A DNA stretch of 64,000 nt from Takakia lepidozioides (lineage: Eukaryota > Plantae > Bryophyta). Within the stretch, counting starts at the first letter, position 1. Each line of letters begins with the position of its first letter. The DNA is taken from the NCBI GenBank assembly GCA_030704615.1, contig CM060732.1:47926001-47990000 (forward strand), given 5' to 3'. The translations under genes were made by a program, and so were the position numbers. Below, one piece after another: positions 12,327 through 25,564 of the stretch. The notes beneath the pieces are model-generated. The model made no database searches. It was not told the DNA's origin and was given only the letters and a program-made list of their open reading frames with translations.

Positions 12327-12822
12327 ATCCCAGAGCAGACCAAGGGCGAAGACCTAATGGTGAAGAACTGTGTTACTATTGTAATCAGGTAGGACATCGT
12401 AAGGCAGCTTGTCCATTCTGGATTAGACACCAGAATGAGATGACAGCTCCTATGAATGAAGGCCCAGTGGTGGCAGCTCACATGGTTATACCATGTGTTG
12501 TACCAGAAGTAAGTACAATGATAGTAACCAGAAGCAAAGCTAAATTAATACCTCCGGTAGATGAGGAAGGTGATGATAATGAAGATGGCAGTGATGTGCC
12601 TGAAGATGATGAGGCTTGGAGAGATGAGAAGGAACTGCACAAGGAAGTGGCAGATACCATAAGGGAAATGCAGAAGAATGCTGATATTCCTATGGCAGAT
12701 TCCTCTGATTATGAAAGAGAAGAGGAAGTGAGTGAGGATGAAGGGAAGAAAGAAGCTGCAGAAATGCAAAGTAATGAAGGGACTTTGGCTTAAATAATAT
12801 GCCAGTCCAAAGCGGAGATTAC
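12327..12822 (+). mobile_element. 496-bp Gypsy gag fragment (CCHC knuckle and acidic linker), near-identical to 20415-20910
   Basis: Direct match from atcccagagcagacc to cggagattac; CYYCNQVGHRKAAC zinc knuckle. Confidence 0.9.
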
Positions 12823-15800
12823 TGTAGTGTGAATACAGGGGAGTGACATTAAATTTTTGTCTTACTCACTGAGATTCTGCATTGCTACAAAGGAAGGGCC
12901 CTGGTACCAATGTGAAAATAGGTTGAGTTGTCCCTGCAATTTATTCCATACATGTTTCTTGGTTACATCATGGGAACGATGGGGGACTATTGGCCAAGAT
13001 GAAGATGCTCAATTTATTTCATACATGCTATGGGCGGAATTCATCCCTGCCTACAGGTTATTTCATGGGCACACTATGCTGATACTTTGCCAGGATGAAA
13101 GTGGCTAAGTCGTGACCAGGCGTATTTTCCTCCGGAGGATGAATGGATTACATCCATGCTTTCTAGATGACTCCCAGGAACGAGGACGAAGGATCCAGTG
13201 CCAAGGATGCAATGAATTTGTAATTAACTCTGTTAATGAAACCTAGCACGTTTTCCGTTCGTGAAAATGGATGACTTTCATCACTGGTGATTACCCTAGA
13301 AACGCGGGACGAGGAAGACGAAGGGGAAGATGACGGGCGCTCTGAGCAGATGTTGCGAACAGTGGAATTGGCAGGGCATTGTGTCAAGGGCGATTGCATC
13401 TACACTGGGGCATTCTGACTTGCATTAAGAGAAGTGTTAATGTAGAGTATAAGGGCACAACTTGGTAATCTGTGCAGCAGGGGAAGCGGTGCCGCCATCT
13501 TCTTGGTAATGATCAATTTCTGGAGGATATGCTTACAGGGAGATCGGTGTGGCATGCGATGGAGCAATCAGTTAACAGGTGGTGCAGTCGCTGCTATGGT
13601 GAATGGGTAGCTTAGGGCTTGCTGGAGGATAATCGTACAGGGAACAGCTTGGAAGAGTTGTGCTCAAGCCAGGTGAAAGGAGGCGGTGCTGTCACGAATC
13701 TTGTGCAACCACCAGAGCCGCCATTGCCTTGATGAACATGATCATGGGAGGATGAGCATGCAAGGGAAACGGCCAGCTGCCAGAGAATAGGGAGGTGGGG
13801 TTGCTGGCACAATCAATGGAGAGTCAGGATGAAGAGCAGCTCGACATAACGAGCATCTGCCAAAGCGAATGAGGGATTGGCTTGTGGATGGTGACTCAGG
13901 TTATCTGTAAATAAGGAGGTAAAGATTGGAATGTACAGATGCAGGAAGCTTTCAGATGATCACTGTCTTCTTGTTATAAGATCATATCAGATCTTAGGGT
14001 AGATTTGCTTAGATAGTGAGATAGGGTAGTTAGTTGGCAAGCTACAGGGGTGTTGCCATAGGCTGAAGCAGGGCCGTCATGACTTAATGAACGCTGGAAT
14101 CGTCAAATCCAGACGACAAGAGGAGTTAAGGTAGCTGCTGACGGAGATGGTGAGGTGCCATTTTGGGCAGGCAGACCCATCGCTTCACCTGGAGTATAAG
14201 ACAGATAAGTTCGTAGATACTAGCCTTCTTCTTTTTGGCATTTAGGAATTGTTGTTGTTAAATTTTGGTAGAGACTCTCAAACTGAGAGCATGCTGAGGA
14301 CAGGAAAAAAACTTTGAGAAATGAAATGGGGACTCTGGACTTCAAACCAGGATGGGGTGGAGATGAATGCACATGTCTGTAGGAGTGTTGATTGAGGGCA
14401 GATGTAGTTCACCCACACTGACAGAATGCTTGCTGTTTGTTTTGTTTTTGTTCCTTTGGCTTTAGTATCATGAATCTGCATACAATGCGGCTCTGGGATT
14501 TTGATGATTAGATGTAATGCAATCCAGTGTAGTTGATGTGAGCACTAGTGAGGGTTAGTTGTAACCTCTTTGAAATCAGAAAGAGGAAGAGATGGATGGG
14601 GCTGCAAACTGACACTGATGTGGAGTTTAGAACTGGTTCAGAGTGGACTCAGCATTTGAACTTTGTGGTTCAAATCTGAAAGGGCAAAAGTGAGCTGTTG
14701 GGGTGTTTAGATGCAGATCTGTAGAAGGGTTGGGAACTGACTGACAAACTGGGTTGTCCCTGGAGGCAAACAGTGTGAAGGGTCTGTTTTGGGTGAGAGA
14801 AAGATTGATGGAATGATCATGTCTTGTGTGACCAAGGTTTGATTCCAAGGCTGGATTCACTGGATACATGGCTGAATGTGTTTGCATTGCATGTAGATAG
14901 GCTGCTGGTTGGAAGAAAATGAGCCAGGGAATTTTACAGCGGGAAGGAGAGAGAAAAGGTTTGGGAAGGGAGAGAGCTGCTCAGTAAAAGGGGTAATGAG
15001 GGATGGTCAACTGGGAGATAGAGGAAAAACCATAATATCTACAGAGAATCACTAGGCCTGTAATTCATGGCAGATCTGAGTTGCCTTCCTCTTATCAGTG
15101 ATCTCATTACAAAAGGGGTTTCAACGTGTGTTGCTCAAGGGTGATGCCCACATGGGTCGCATTTAGCTCCGTCATAGGGCTGGTTGTATCACTGAAAATA
15201 TCACAGCAGCCCTATTGGTGCTGCAATTGTATAAAGATTATGTAAATCATGAACAAGAAGGATTCAATCCCCATCCATGTTTTCTCTTCCGCTGCGGCGT
15301 GGATGAGGATATATGAACTCTGATCATGAACGATAGGAGGGAAACCATAACCGTGTGCCGCTGGTAGATTGCTAGGTCGTTCTTTTTATTGGAAGAAGTA
15401 CAGTTAGAATTACATAGAAGGGGATTTATGCCCCCTTCTTTTGGTATCGGAGCGGGCCGGTCTTTCTTCCGGGAGATGTAGGATTTAGTGTAGGAAGGTG
15501 GAGGAGCGATTTGCGAGCAATGGTGACTAACATTCCATTTTACGGGAAGGAAGATGAGGATGTTTACAGCTGGATCCAGAATCTGAAAAGGGATGGTGAG
15601 GGCCGGAGCTTTGGCGAGCACAAGCTATTTATATCGGCAAGGCTGAATCTCAAATCACAAGTTGATACCTTGTATCGCATGCAAAAACCAAGACCCATGA
15701 ACTAGCATGATTTTCAAGTAGCCATAGTCTTGAAATTTGGAGAAGAAGGTCAATCAAGAATGAGGAAAGTGATGTTAGCAAGGAAGTTTGATGGGTTAGA

Positions 15801-17085
15801 TACAAATGTGGAAGAGTCTGCCACAGGGATAGAGGAGAGATTGTCTCTGATTGAGAAGGATAATCACGAGGAGTTCACATCAGTGAGTTCCATTGATTGT
15901 GAGCCAAGATCAGATAACAAAACAACGTCACAGAGTTGCTTTAAGGTGAAGCCACAAACCAGCGAAGTCCCTGCAATGCTTCCTTGAGGTCTCAATTTGA
16001 ACAACACAAGTCAGCAAGTGGAGTGTCGCACTACATGTCCATCAAGTCAGAATCAGATCCGAAGTGAAAAGAATCACCGGCTGGGGCTGCAAGTGGAAAC
16101 ATGTGGAATGCAACATTCATGCTGCGAAATGTTGGGACAATGGGAATCGAGGAGCAGCAAAAGGATGGAGTTCGAAAGTGTAAGCTCTCTTGGCACAAAC
16201 TGTGTGAATGTGTTTTGTGATATGGAAGAAGAGATCTTGGAAGACATCTTTTGTTCAACGGAGAGTCAATCAGGTGTCAATGAAGAGTGTACACCTAGAT
16301 TGCATGTTCCTGTGCAGATCCCAAACTCTTCTACAAGGGCACATGAAGATCAAGACATACTTGGCGAGTTTGGGCATAGCGTTGCCAACTCACCAAGGAT
16401 TGGTGGTACAACCTGTGGAGTGAGTGTCATGAGAGAGGAAGATGACAAGGAGTCTTGGGCAGATCTGATGGGATGGGTGGAGGAAGAGTGTACGTTGCTT
16501 GCTCAAACCAGAAAGGGTCTGGATCAAGATGCACACCTGGATCAAGACATACTTGGGGAGTGTGGGAATAGCGTTGCCAACTCACCGAGGATTGGTGGTA
16601 CAACCTGTGGAGTGAGTGTCATGAGAGAGGAAGATGACAAGGAGTCTTGATGGGATGGGTGGAGGAAGAGTGTACGTTGATTGCTCAAACCAGAAAGGGT
16701 CTAGATCAAGATGCGCACCTAGATCAAGACATACTTGGCGAGTTTGGGCATAGCGTTGCCAACTCACCAAGGATTGGTGGTACAACCTGTGGAGTGAGTG
16801 TCATGAGAGAGGAAGATGACAAGGAGTCTTGGGCAGATCTGATGGGATGGGTGGAGGAAGAGTGTACGTTGCTTGCTCAAACCAGAAAGGGTCTGGATCA
16901 AGATGCACACCTGGATCAAGACATACTTGGGGAGTGTGGGAATAGCGTTGCCAACTCACCAAGGATTGGTGGTACAACCTGTGGAGTGAGTGTCATGAGA
17001 GAGGAAGATGACAAGGAGTCTTGGGCAGATCTGATGGGATGGGTGGAGGAAGAGTGTACGTTGCTTGCTCAAACCAGAAAGGGTT
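12823..17085 (+). mobile_element. Probable fragment of a second, degenerate LTR retrotransposon with a gag remnant
   Basis: Starts with TG exactly where the Gypsy match stops; gag-like IPFYGKEDEDVYSWI...FQVAIVLKFG near 15530-15740. No second LTR seen. Confidence 0.45.
16348..17085 (+). repeat. 192-bp (64-codon) tandem repeat, ~4 copies
   Basis: gatcaagacatac at 16348, 16540, 16722 (10-bp deletion in the preceding unit) and 16914; cut by the LTR at 17086. Confidence 0.9.
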
Positions 17086-17958
17086 TGTTAGAGGGTTGCT
17101 TGGGACTTAGACGCTTTTATGGGTTCTGTGGGGTACCCTTAATTTTTGCGCAGACTGAGACCAACAAGAGTCTTGGGGGTGGCAAGAGCAGGCTTTAGGG
17201 GGGTCACACAGCCCGACACAGCTTCGCACAGCCAGTCACAGCCCGACACAGCTTTACACAGCTTCACACAGCCCGACACAGCTTTACACAGCCAGTCACA
17301 GCTCGGCAAAGCTTGACACAGCCTGTCACAGTACATGTGGAACAGTTATCATTGACAGGGAACGACTGTGATGGGACGACATCTGCAGAGGGAACGTGTT
17401 ACTTTAGGGGTGACGGTTAGTTAGTTAGGTGGTTAGAACAGCTTGCGGGTAGATTAGGCAGAGCAGCAACAAGAAGGGGATCACTTCTTGAGGAGGGCGA
17501 CTTGTTCAGGAGAGGAGGAGACGAAACGGAGAGCGGAAAAAAGTGTACAGGAGATGATGACTTGAATGAGGCTTAGTTCATGCAAGCTGTAGAATTATAC
17601 AGTAGGATAGAATAGAGACACCATGGCATAGGCATGATACATGATTAATCTTAATCCGATACTGAATCGATACAAACATATTATGTAGAGAGACACGAGA
17701 GAAGTTGTGGAATGAATGCATGATTAATTGGAACTTAGTAGATACTGAAGCAATCTGATACTTTAGTATACACGGTAAGGTAAATTGATAACATGAAGGC
17801 AGGAAAGAATACAAATAGGAAGCACAACCATGATTCACTAGCTGCAGGTCATGACTAATTGTTCTGAGCGGGCCGAGTGCTTAGAGATATCCAACTCTTC
17901 TATCTTGGAGTTTCCACCTCGGATAGCGAAGGGATGGGTGAGTAAAAGCCGTTCGACA
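17086..17958 (+). repeat. 5' LTR
   Basis: tgttagagggttgc...gttcgaca; homologous to 29081-30011. Confidence 0.9.
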
Positions 17959-17960
17959 TT

Positions 17961-17978
17961 TGGCGACCATACTGGGGA
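17961..17978 (+). promoter_or_regulatory. Primer-binding site
   Basis: tggcgaccatactgggga begins 2 nt after the LTR terminal CA. Confidence 0.75.
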
Positions 17979-18566
17979 TCTGGGTCATGAACAACCAGAT
18001 GTGACAGGCATCTTGTGGGATCATGGTGGATGGAGAATTAAAGAATTTGATGTGAATCAAATTCCCTGTGAAACTGAGAAGGAAAGATTGTCCAAATAAT
18101 TCTTTCAGAGGTTCTTGGAATTGCCAGACGGTTGTAAAGAAAACATTCTCAAGAGAGTGCATGATGCTGACCCTGAGTGGGGTCTGGAGAAATGAGTGAT
18201 AAAGATTTATCAGGTGGCTTGTAGAGGAAGAGCACGTTGGTTACCAACGTTGGTTTATGTGATAGCGTTGCTATCCATTAAGCGAGTAGAGTTTGAAGGC
18301 TGGGAGGAAAAGAAGGTGAATGTTTATACTCATATGCATGAAGAGCTTGTACTGGTAAAGAATTGGATTCCAAAGGATATTCTGTGGATCAAACTCACAC
18401 CAAGAACAGCTTTCCAGACTTGTTTGCCATATGGTTATATGGTAACGGAGACTTCTAGTATAGCCAAGGGTGCATTGAAGCTTGAAAGAAATCCAGGCAT
18501 ATACGAGAGATACTACAGAAGAGAGTTTTGGTTATTGCCACATTAAAGAAATGAAAGACATGGGAC

Positions 18567-21046
18567 ATGAGTGATGAAAGAGAAGTTAGACTCCAGAGAT
18601 ATTCAGCAAAAAGAGAAAGTTATCTGAAAGCTAATTATCCATATCTTTGGGAGAGAGGAATAGACATAGGGGAATCATCTGGACCTCTCACACCATTAAG
18701 ATCAGAGAGTACATCACCCATACCGGAAGAACTAGAGTTGGATGCCACTCCTTCTTTTTCTTTGCAAGAAAGATTAAGGGAATTGGTACGGGAAGAAGAT
18801 CAACCACGAGGTGAAAGATCTGAGGTACATCCCTGGATAAAAGATTTGACAGAAATCTTTGATAAGAGTTGGCATGGAACACCAAAGGCAGGAACTCCAG
18901 TTTCTAAAACAGAAGACGAAGAAAGAGGAGAGGATGTGGCAGAGCAAACGGAGAGTTCAGACTCTCCAACACCATTGCAATTGAGTTACATGAGTGAAGA
19001 AGAAGAAACCCAAGGGCAGAACTTGGAAGATGAAAACAGAGAGAAGAAATTGGAAGAGGAAGAGTATGAAGATGTAGACCCAACAGCTGAGACTACAACC
19101 AGGACATCCCAACCCGTTGAACCTGGATCAAGTGGAGCACTTGGATCACAGGCTAACGAAGGTGTCGGCTCAGGGGGATCAGGCGAGCAGCCTGGATCTG
19201 GCTTTGGGGGGACAGGGAGTGTGGGAAGTAGTGCAACTGGAGCTGGGAATACTGTGAATATCGTGGGGCCAGTAGTAGGGAGTGCTCAAGGGCCACCACT
19301 GGGTGGAAGATCCACCACAACTACAACAGGTCCTCAAGGACCAGCACCAGTAAGGGGGCCAACATCTATCAGTGGGCAGAAGGTAGGGCCACAGATGGCG
19401 TTACAACCAACACGGGCAAAACCACCTTTTCCAATATATTCAGGAAAAGGGGATCCTGATGTACACATTAGCCAATTTGAGCACATGTGTATTGTGAACA
19501 ATGAGAATGGCGATGATGCCAAGATGACATTGTTTCCTTGTTCACTTATCAAGAAAGCAAGTGAATGGTATGCAAGATTCCCTGATAATCATTTCCTAAC
19601 CTGGAATGGCTTGAATACAACATTCCGAAATAGGTTCAGGACAAGTAAAACTGAGGATGAAGTGTATGGAAGTTTACAACAGTTAAAGCAAAAGAAGCAT
19701 GAAACTGTTGAGGAGTATATGGAAAAAATGGAATTGATGATGAAAAAGCTGGCTGTTGTACCAGCACCAGGTTTACAGAAGACTTGGTTTGTGAGTGGAC
19801 TAAGACCAGAGTTGCAAAAGAAAGTGGATATGTTACCCCATAATACAGTGGAGGAGGCATTTGAAACAGTGAACATAATTGAGCAATTGTGAATGCTCAG
19901 GAGAGAGAAAAAAGATGATGAGGACTCTGAGGATGAGTCAGATGAGGAAGAAGAGCACGAGCTTAAGAGGAAGAGTAAGAGGAAGGAAAAGTTGAAGAGG
20001 GATAACTATGAGAAAAGATTAGAAGAAATCTTGAAGAAGTATGCCACAGAGGCTGCAACACATTGGAGGAAGGGTGTTTGGTGTGCAAAATGCCAGAATG
20101 AAGGCCATACCACCACTGAATGCCACATGAAGGAGAAACATTGTACTATCTGTAAAATGGATAACTATTCTACTGAGAATTGTTACTACAACAGAAGGAC
20201 AGCAACAAGAGAACCTAGGCAAGTAAGGGTGCATCAAGTGCAGCCCCAACCAAGAAGAAACAGTGACCAGGACCACTATGGTAGGCCTGGTGGTTATAAC
20301 AATGGCATGGAAGGGAGAGGTAATCCAAGAGGGAATTACCAAGGAAATTCCAGAGGCAACTATCAGGGTAATCCAAGGGGAATTACCAGCCAGGGAATCA
20401 GGATTACAGAAACAATCCCAGAGCAGACCAAGGGCGAGGACCTAATGGTGAAGAACTGTGTTACTATTGTAATCAGGCAGGACATCGTAAGGCAGCCTGT
20501 CCATTCTGGATCAGACACCAGAATGAGATGACAGCTCCTGTGAATGAGGGGCTAGTGGTGGCAGCTCACATGGTTAGGCCATGTGTTGTACCAGAAGTAA
20601 GTACAATGATAGTAACCAGAAGCAAAGCCAAAATAATACCTCCAGTAGATGAGGAAGGTGATGATAATGAAGATGGCAGTGATGTGCCTGAAGATGATGA
20701 GGCTTGGAGAGACGAGAAGGAACTGCACAAGGAAGTGGCAGATACCATAAGGGAAATGCAGAAGAGTACTGATATTCCTATGGCAGATTCCTCTGATTAT
20801 GAAAGAGAAGAGGAAGTGAGTGAGGATGAAGGGAAGAAAGAAGCTGCAGAAATGCAGAGTAATGAAGGGACTTTGGCTGAAGTAATATGCCAGTCCAAAG
20901 CGGAGATTACCATTAGACGGCTATTGGCTGTGGCACCTTATTGTAGACACAGGCTGTATCAAGCAATCAATCGAATTGCCCATGTGACAGGGAACACAGA
21001 CCTGAACAGCAAGGTGACCAGTTATAATGTGAAGCCGGAAGAGTGA
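18567..21046 (+). pseudogene. gag (capsid plus two Zn knuckles), disrupted
   Basis: YSGKGDPDVHISQF, LFPCSL..A..WY, LKQKKHETVEEY, WFVSGLRPEL; CAKCQNEGHTTTEC; TGA at 19890 and a later frameshift. Confidence 0.88.
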
Positions 21047-24000
21047 GAAACAGTCATGGACTTTGATGATTCTATGCCAGTAATCCATTGAGAATTGGAA
21101 GCACAGAACTAACTGATGTACTGATAGATGGAGGCTCTGGAGTGAATATCATGACAGACCAATTAAGGCAGAAGCTTGGTCTAAGTAACATGAAACCAGC
21201 CCCGTTTACAGTAACAATGGCAGATCAAATAAGTGTACAGCCATTGGGATTGATAAGAGGAGTTAAGATACAGATTCAAAAGATGATCTTTAAGATCACA
21301 GTAACTGTATTGAAAATGGATGAAGTCATGGAAGCTTACTCCTTATTGTTGGGTCGACCGTGGCTGAAACAGGCCAGGGTATTCCATTACTGGAATTCCC
21401 AGTTACTAACTGTGCATGATGGGATGCACAAGATACAAATCACCACTAAGAAATCTAGTAGATTACCTGCTAGGAGAAGACCTCGAGGGGTCAGGGAGTA
21501 TGACTGGAGGGGGGACTGGATGAGGAGCAGGAAGCTACCCTGTTCGCTGCACACCCAGAGTGGGAGCAGGTTGCAGAGATGCAGCTGGAAGGCCTAAGTT
21601 GTTTAAAAGGTATCTGTTGTGGTGTAGTGATAGCAACACCAATTGAAGGTGAAACAATCAGTTACCCACCACATTTGTATGAAGAAAGAGAAGGAGAAAT
21701 GGAAATCCTAGAGAAACCAGCCACTGTGAGTCTACAGGATGAAGTGGTGACTGGTTGGACAATCACATGAGTATCTGGATGATTTCATGCAGGTGTTCTT
21801 GGATGATTTCAGTGTGTACAGCTCTAAGAATGAGCACTTGCATAATTGGAGTTATGTTTGGCCAGATGCAGGATGAGAGGTCTGTGTCGCGCACCTCACT
21901 TCGGTAAGCTCCCCTTCAAGTCATAGTTACTCGCTTTGATGCGCGCGCCTGACTCCCAACCTGGCCGCCCGGGCCAACTTGGAGCTTCGGCTGCTCACCG
22001 GGACATAACGGTCCCCCTTCGCTTCCCACTAAACCCTCCACCTATTTGGGACTAGGAGAATTCCCTTTGGTAGATGGCAGTCCGGAACAGCTCCCCACTC
22101 TTTGGTCGCTTCCGGCTCGCTCGCTTACTCACTAGTTTTTGGTCCCAACGGGCTTGCACCGTTCTCGGGGTCACTACTCCCCTTATATATACTTCTGTAG
22201 CTGTCCGCGGGGGTTTTCACAACCAGCCATGCCATTTTATGGCGAACCACCACGAAAACCCTCGACTCTCGGTGATGAGTTGCGGTGAGTCTTGGCCCAC
22301 TCACCACGGCCCCTATGGGACCGTGATGAGTCCCAAGACTCCCCACGACTCCCACCACGAGGTCTCCGCCCCCATGGTGAGTCCTATGCCACCCCCACTA
22401 AGTCCGCTAACTAGCTACCACCACCCCTTGTGGAGCCACCCCCACCGCAACCCGGTGTGCGGGGCTCCACCTAGTGAGCGCCTCCGCTTCCCTGAGTGCC
22501 TTGGGCACTCAAGGGTGCTTCAGCCCCCCCCCCATACCTATCGCTGCCGCTGCCCCCACCACAGGGGCAGCCCCTCGTGTGTCCCGACCCCCTGCCCTCA
22601 AGGCAAAGGGCCGCGACAGTCTGGGCCTGAATCCAGAGAAGTGTACTTTCAGTGTGAACTCAGGGGTGATTTTGGGACACATTGTGTGTAAGAGGGGACT
22701 TCTTGTGGATCCCAGGAAGACAGAGGCTTTTGAGGAACTTACATTGTCAGTAACAACTACACCTGTGCTGATTAACCCTCACTGGCATGTAGTATTTCAT
22801 GTTCACTGTGATACCTCAGGAGAAGCGTTGGGAGCGGTGTTAGCCAAAATGTTACAGGAAATATAGATCACCGGTGGTACTATGTTAGCAGGTTGATGAA
22901 CAGTGCTGAAAGGAACTATAGCACAACTGAAAGAGAAGCACTGGCAATGATTTATGCAGTCAAGAAATTCAGGCATTACCTATTGGGAAGAAAGTTTATG
23001 TTTTACGTGGATCACCAGGCTCTGATATATCTGGTGAACAAACCTTTGATAAGTGGAAGGATAGCAAGGTGGTTAATAATCTTGCACGAGTTTGAGTTCG
23101 AAGTTGTTTACAAACCTGGCCGTTTGCATCTTGTGGCAGATCATTTGTCACGCCTATCAACAGGAGAGCCCGCCACACGAGTAGACGATCAATTGCCTGA
23201 TGCGAGTTTATTTGCAATGGAGGTGCAAGGAAGTGTAGATGAATGGTTAGATTGGCAGTGGCCAATCAGATACTACCTTACTCATGGTCAGTGCCCACCT
23301 AGTTATGGTAAGGAGCAGAGGAAGAGAATCGCTATCAAGGCTTTACCTTATACTATGGTAGGGGGGCAGAATGTATAAGCTAGGACCTAATGGAGTACTT
23401 AAACGATGTTTGTACCACCATGAAGTAAATAAAGTTTTGGAGGAAGTTCATAAAGGAGTGGCTGGAGGTCATTTTGGAGAAGAGACTACCAGTAGAAAGA
23501 TACTACTTGCAGGTTACTAGTGGCCTACTTTGTTCAAAGATGTACACAAGTATTGTCAGAGTTGTGATGAATGTCAGAGGCTAGGACCTTTGCAGAGATC
23601 TGGGAAGATGGCTTGGCATCCTACGATGCCTACTGAACCATTTCAGAAATGGGGACTAGACTTTGTTGGACCAATTAACCCCCGGCCAAGAATACACAGA
23701 ACAAGTATATAATTACAGCCACTGATTATACTACGAAGTGGGTGGAAGCTAAAGCTCTGAGGAACAACACAGCCAAGTCCACAACAAAGTTCCTGTATGA
23801 GAACATACTTACACGATTTGGCTGTCCCTTGGAATTTACCAGTGACCAGGGAAGTCACTTCATCAATGAGACCATTGAACTATTGACTAAAGAGTTCATG
23901 ATTGTGCATAGGAAGAGTACAACGTATTACCCACAGGGTAATGGGCAGGCAGAGACTACCAACAAAATACTATGTACTATCTTGGCTAAGATAGTCAATG

Positions 24001-24560
24001 CAAACAGAATGGATTGGGATACAAAGCTGCTGACAGCTTTGTGGTCATACATGACTTCATATAAAGTCACCACTAAGTATACACCATTCCAATTAGTTTA
24101 TGGAATAGAAGCTTTACTTCCAGTGGAATTCTTGTTACCTACCATGAGAACTGAATGGGGAAAAAGAATGGAATTGGAAGATTCAATTAAGGTCAGGAAA
24201 CATGAATTATACCATGTGGAAGAAGTACGTACTGATGCAGCTGATAACATGACCAGAATTCAGATGAAGAGGAAGGAACAGTTTGATGAAGGCAAATTAA
24301 AGACTTTTAAGACGGGAGATTTGGTTCTCTGGTTGCAGAAGAAGGGGAAGATTAAAGCTTCTAAGCTTAAATCACCATGGAAGGGACCTTATGTCATACA
24401 GAAGATGTATGATAACAACACAACCATGTTACAAACCATTAACAAAGAGATGCTGAGAAGAGTCAATGCCAATAAGTTGAAGGGGTACAGTGGTATCCAT
24501 GACAAACCATTGCAGCACGATTTGCATGTTGAAACGCAAAAGCAGTCACGGGCTGCGCCA
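21047..24560 (+). pseudogene. pol: aspartic protease, partly deleted RT, RNase H and integrase
   Basis: VLIDGGSGVN and LLGRPWL (PR); YLDDFMQVFLDD near 21772 with the RT N-terminus missing; ERNYSTTEREALA (RH); GGHFG..CQSCDECQR, WGLDFVGP, SDQGSHF, YYPQGNGQAE, WKGPY (IN). Confidence 0.9.
21885..22618. mobile_element. Solo LTR inserted in the RT region
   Basis: 734 bp with termini TGTCGCG...CGCGACA and a perfect 5-bp TSD gtctg (21880-21884 and 22619-22623). Confidence 0.85.
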
Positions 24561-24637
24561 GTGATACCAACGGAGTATGGAGCACTTGTCGCTAAGCCGA
24601 GCATATATGACCAGGGCGGGAACTACAGGTGTTCGCA

Positions 24638-24845
24638 TACCTATCACAGCCCATCACAGTGCCACACAGCCTATCACAGCCCATCACAGCGTGGCACAGC
24701 CTATCACAGCTTATCACAGTGCCACACAGCCTATCACAGCCTACCACAGCATGACACAGCCTATCACAGCTTACCACAGTGCCACACAGCCTATCACAGC
24801 GTACCACAGTATGACACAGCCTGTCACAGCTCAACACAGCCTACC
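24638..24845 (+). repeat. cacagc-based 10-mer/30-mer tandem repeat
   Basis: Repeated cacagcctat/cacagtgc units; a related 10-mer array (cacagcccga) occurs in both LTRs. Confidence 0.85.
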
Positions 24846-25564
24846 AGGGTTACACAGTCCATAGGATCAGTGACAGGTGGACGTGGGTTAACATCCGGAG
24901 AGTGGCCGGCGGAAAAGTGGACGGAGGCAGGTTTAGAAATGGACACGTGGATGCCAGGGCGAGACACACAGCCGGACATGAATTGCAAGAACGGGTGTCA
25001 TCAAGAAAGAAGACAAAATTGGCCGTCAAAGTACCTACCCGGCACGTTAACCGAAATTGTGGGCCCATTAATGCATACATGGAAAGGGTAACGGAACCCT
25101 TTACAAGTACCGAAAAGCGAAATCCTTGTCACATGTGCTATCCTAGTGGACAGTCCAGGGGGGGAAATCCACGGAAGGGAATTAAATTACAGAGCCAACA
25201 GCCAATCATGAGCCAAAATTACCTGCAGAGGGTATTTTCCAAGAAGCAAGATCAAGAATTTAGAGAAATTATGAGCGCAAGAGTCGGCGTGGTTCCGAGT
25301 AACGGACGTCTCGACAGGGGAGACAATCAAAGCTATAGCTTTGAAGCTATGGCGGAAATAACAGACTACACGCTCGCCTTACTACTTACACAGTGGCACA
25401 AGGACAGACGAACGGAGAATATATTTTCTCTAAATCAATACTTGCAAGCCCCATAGGCTTACAAGCACTTACCCATTTCATTCTGTGCCAACCATACCTT
25501 CATGCTCTGTGCCCTGCAAGCTTTCCTTCAGCTGTTTCAAACAAAGCCTTTCTGTTTGTCTAGA

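Noticed and set aside
22074-22691. 205-aa ORF
   Set aside because: Lies mostly within the solo LTR; a chance GC-rich frame.
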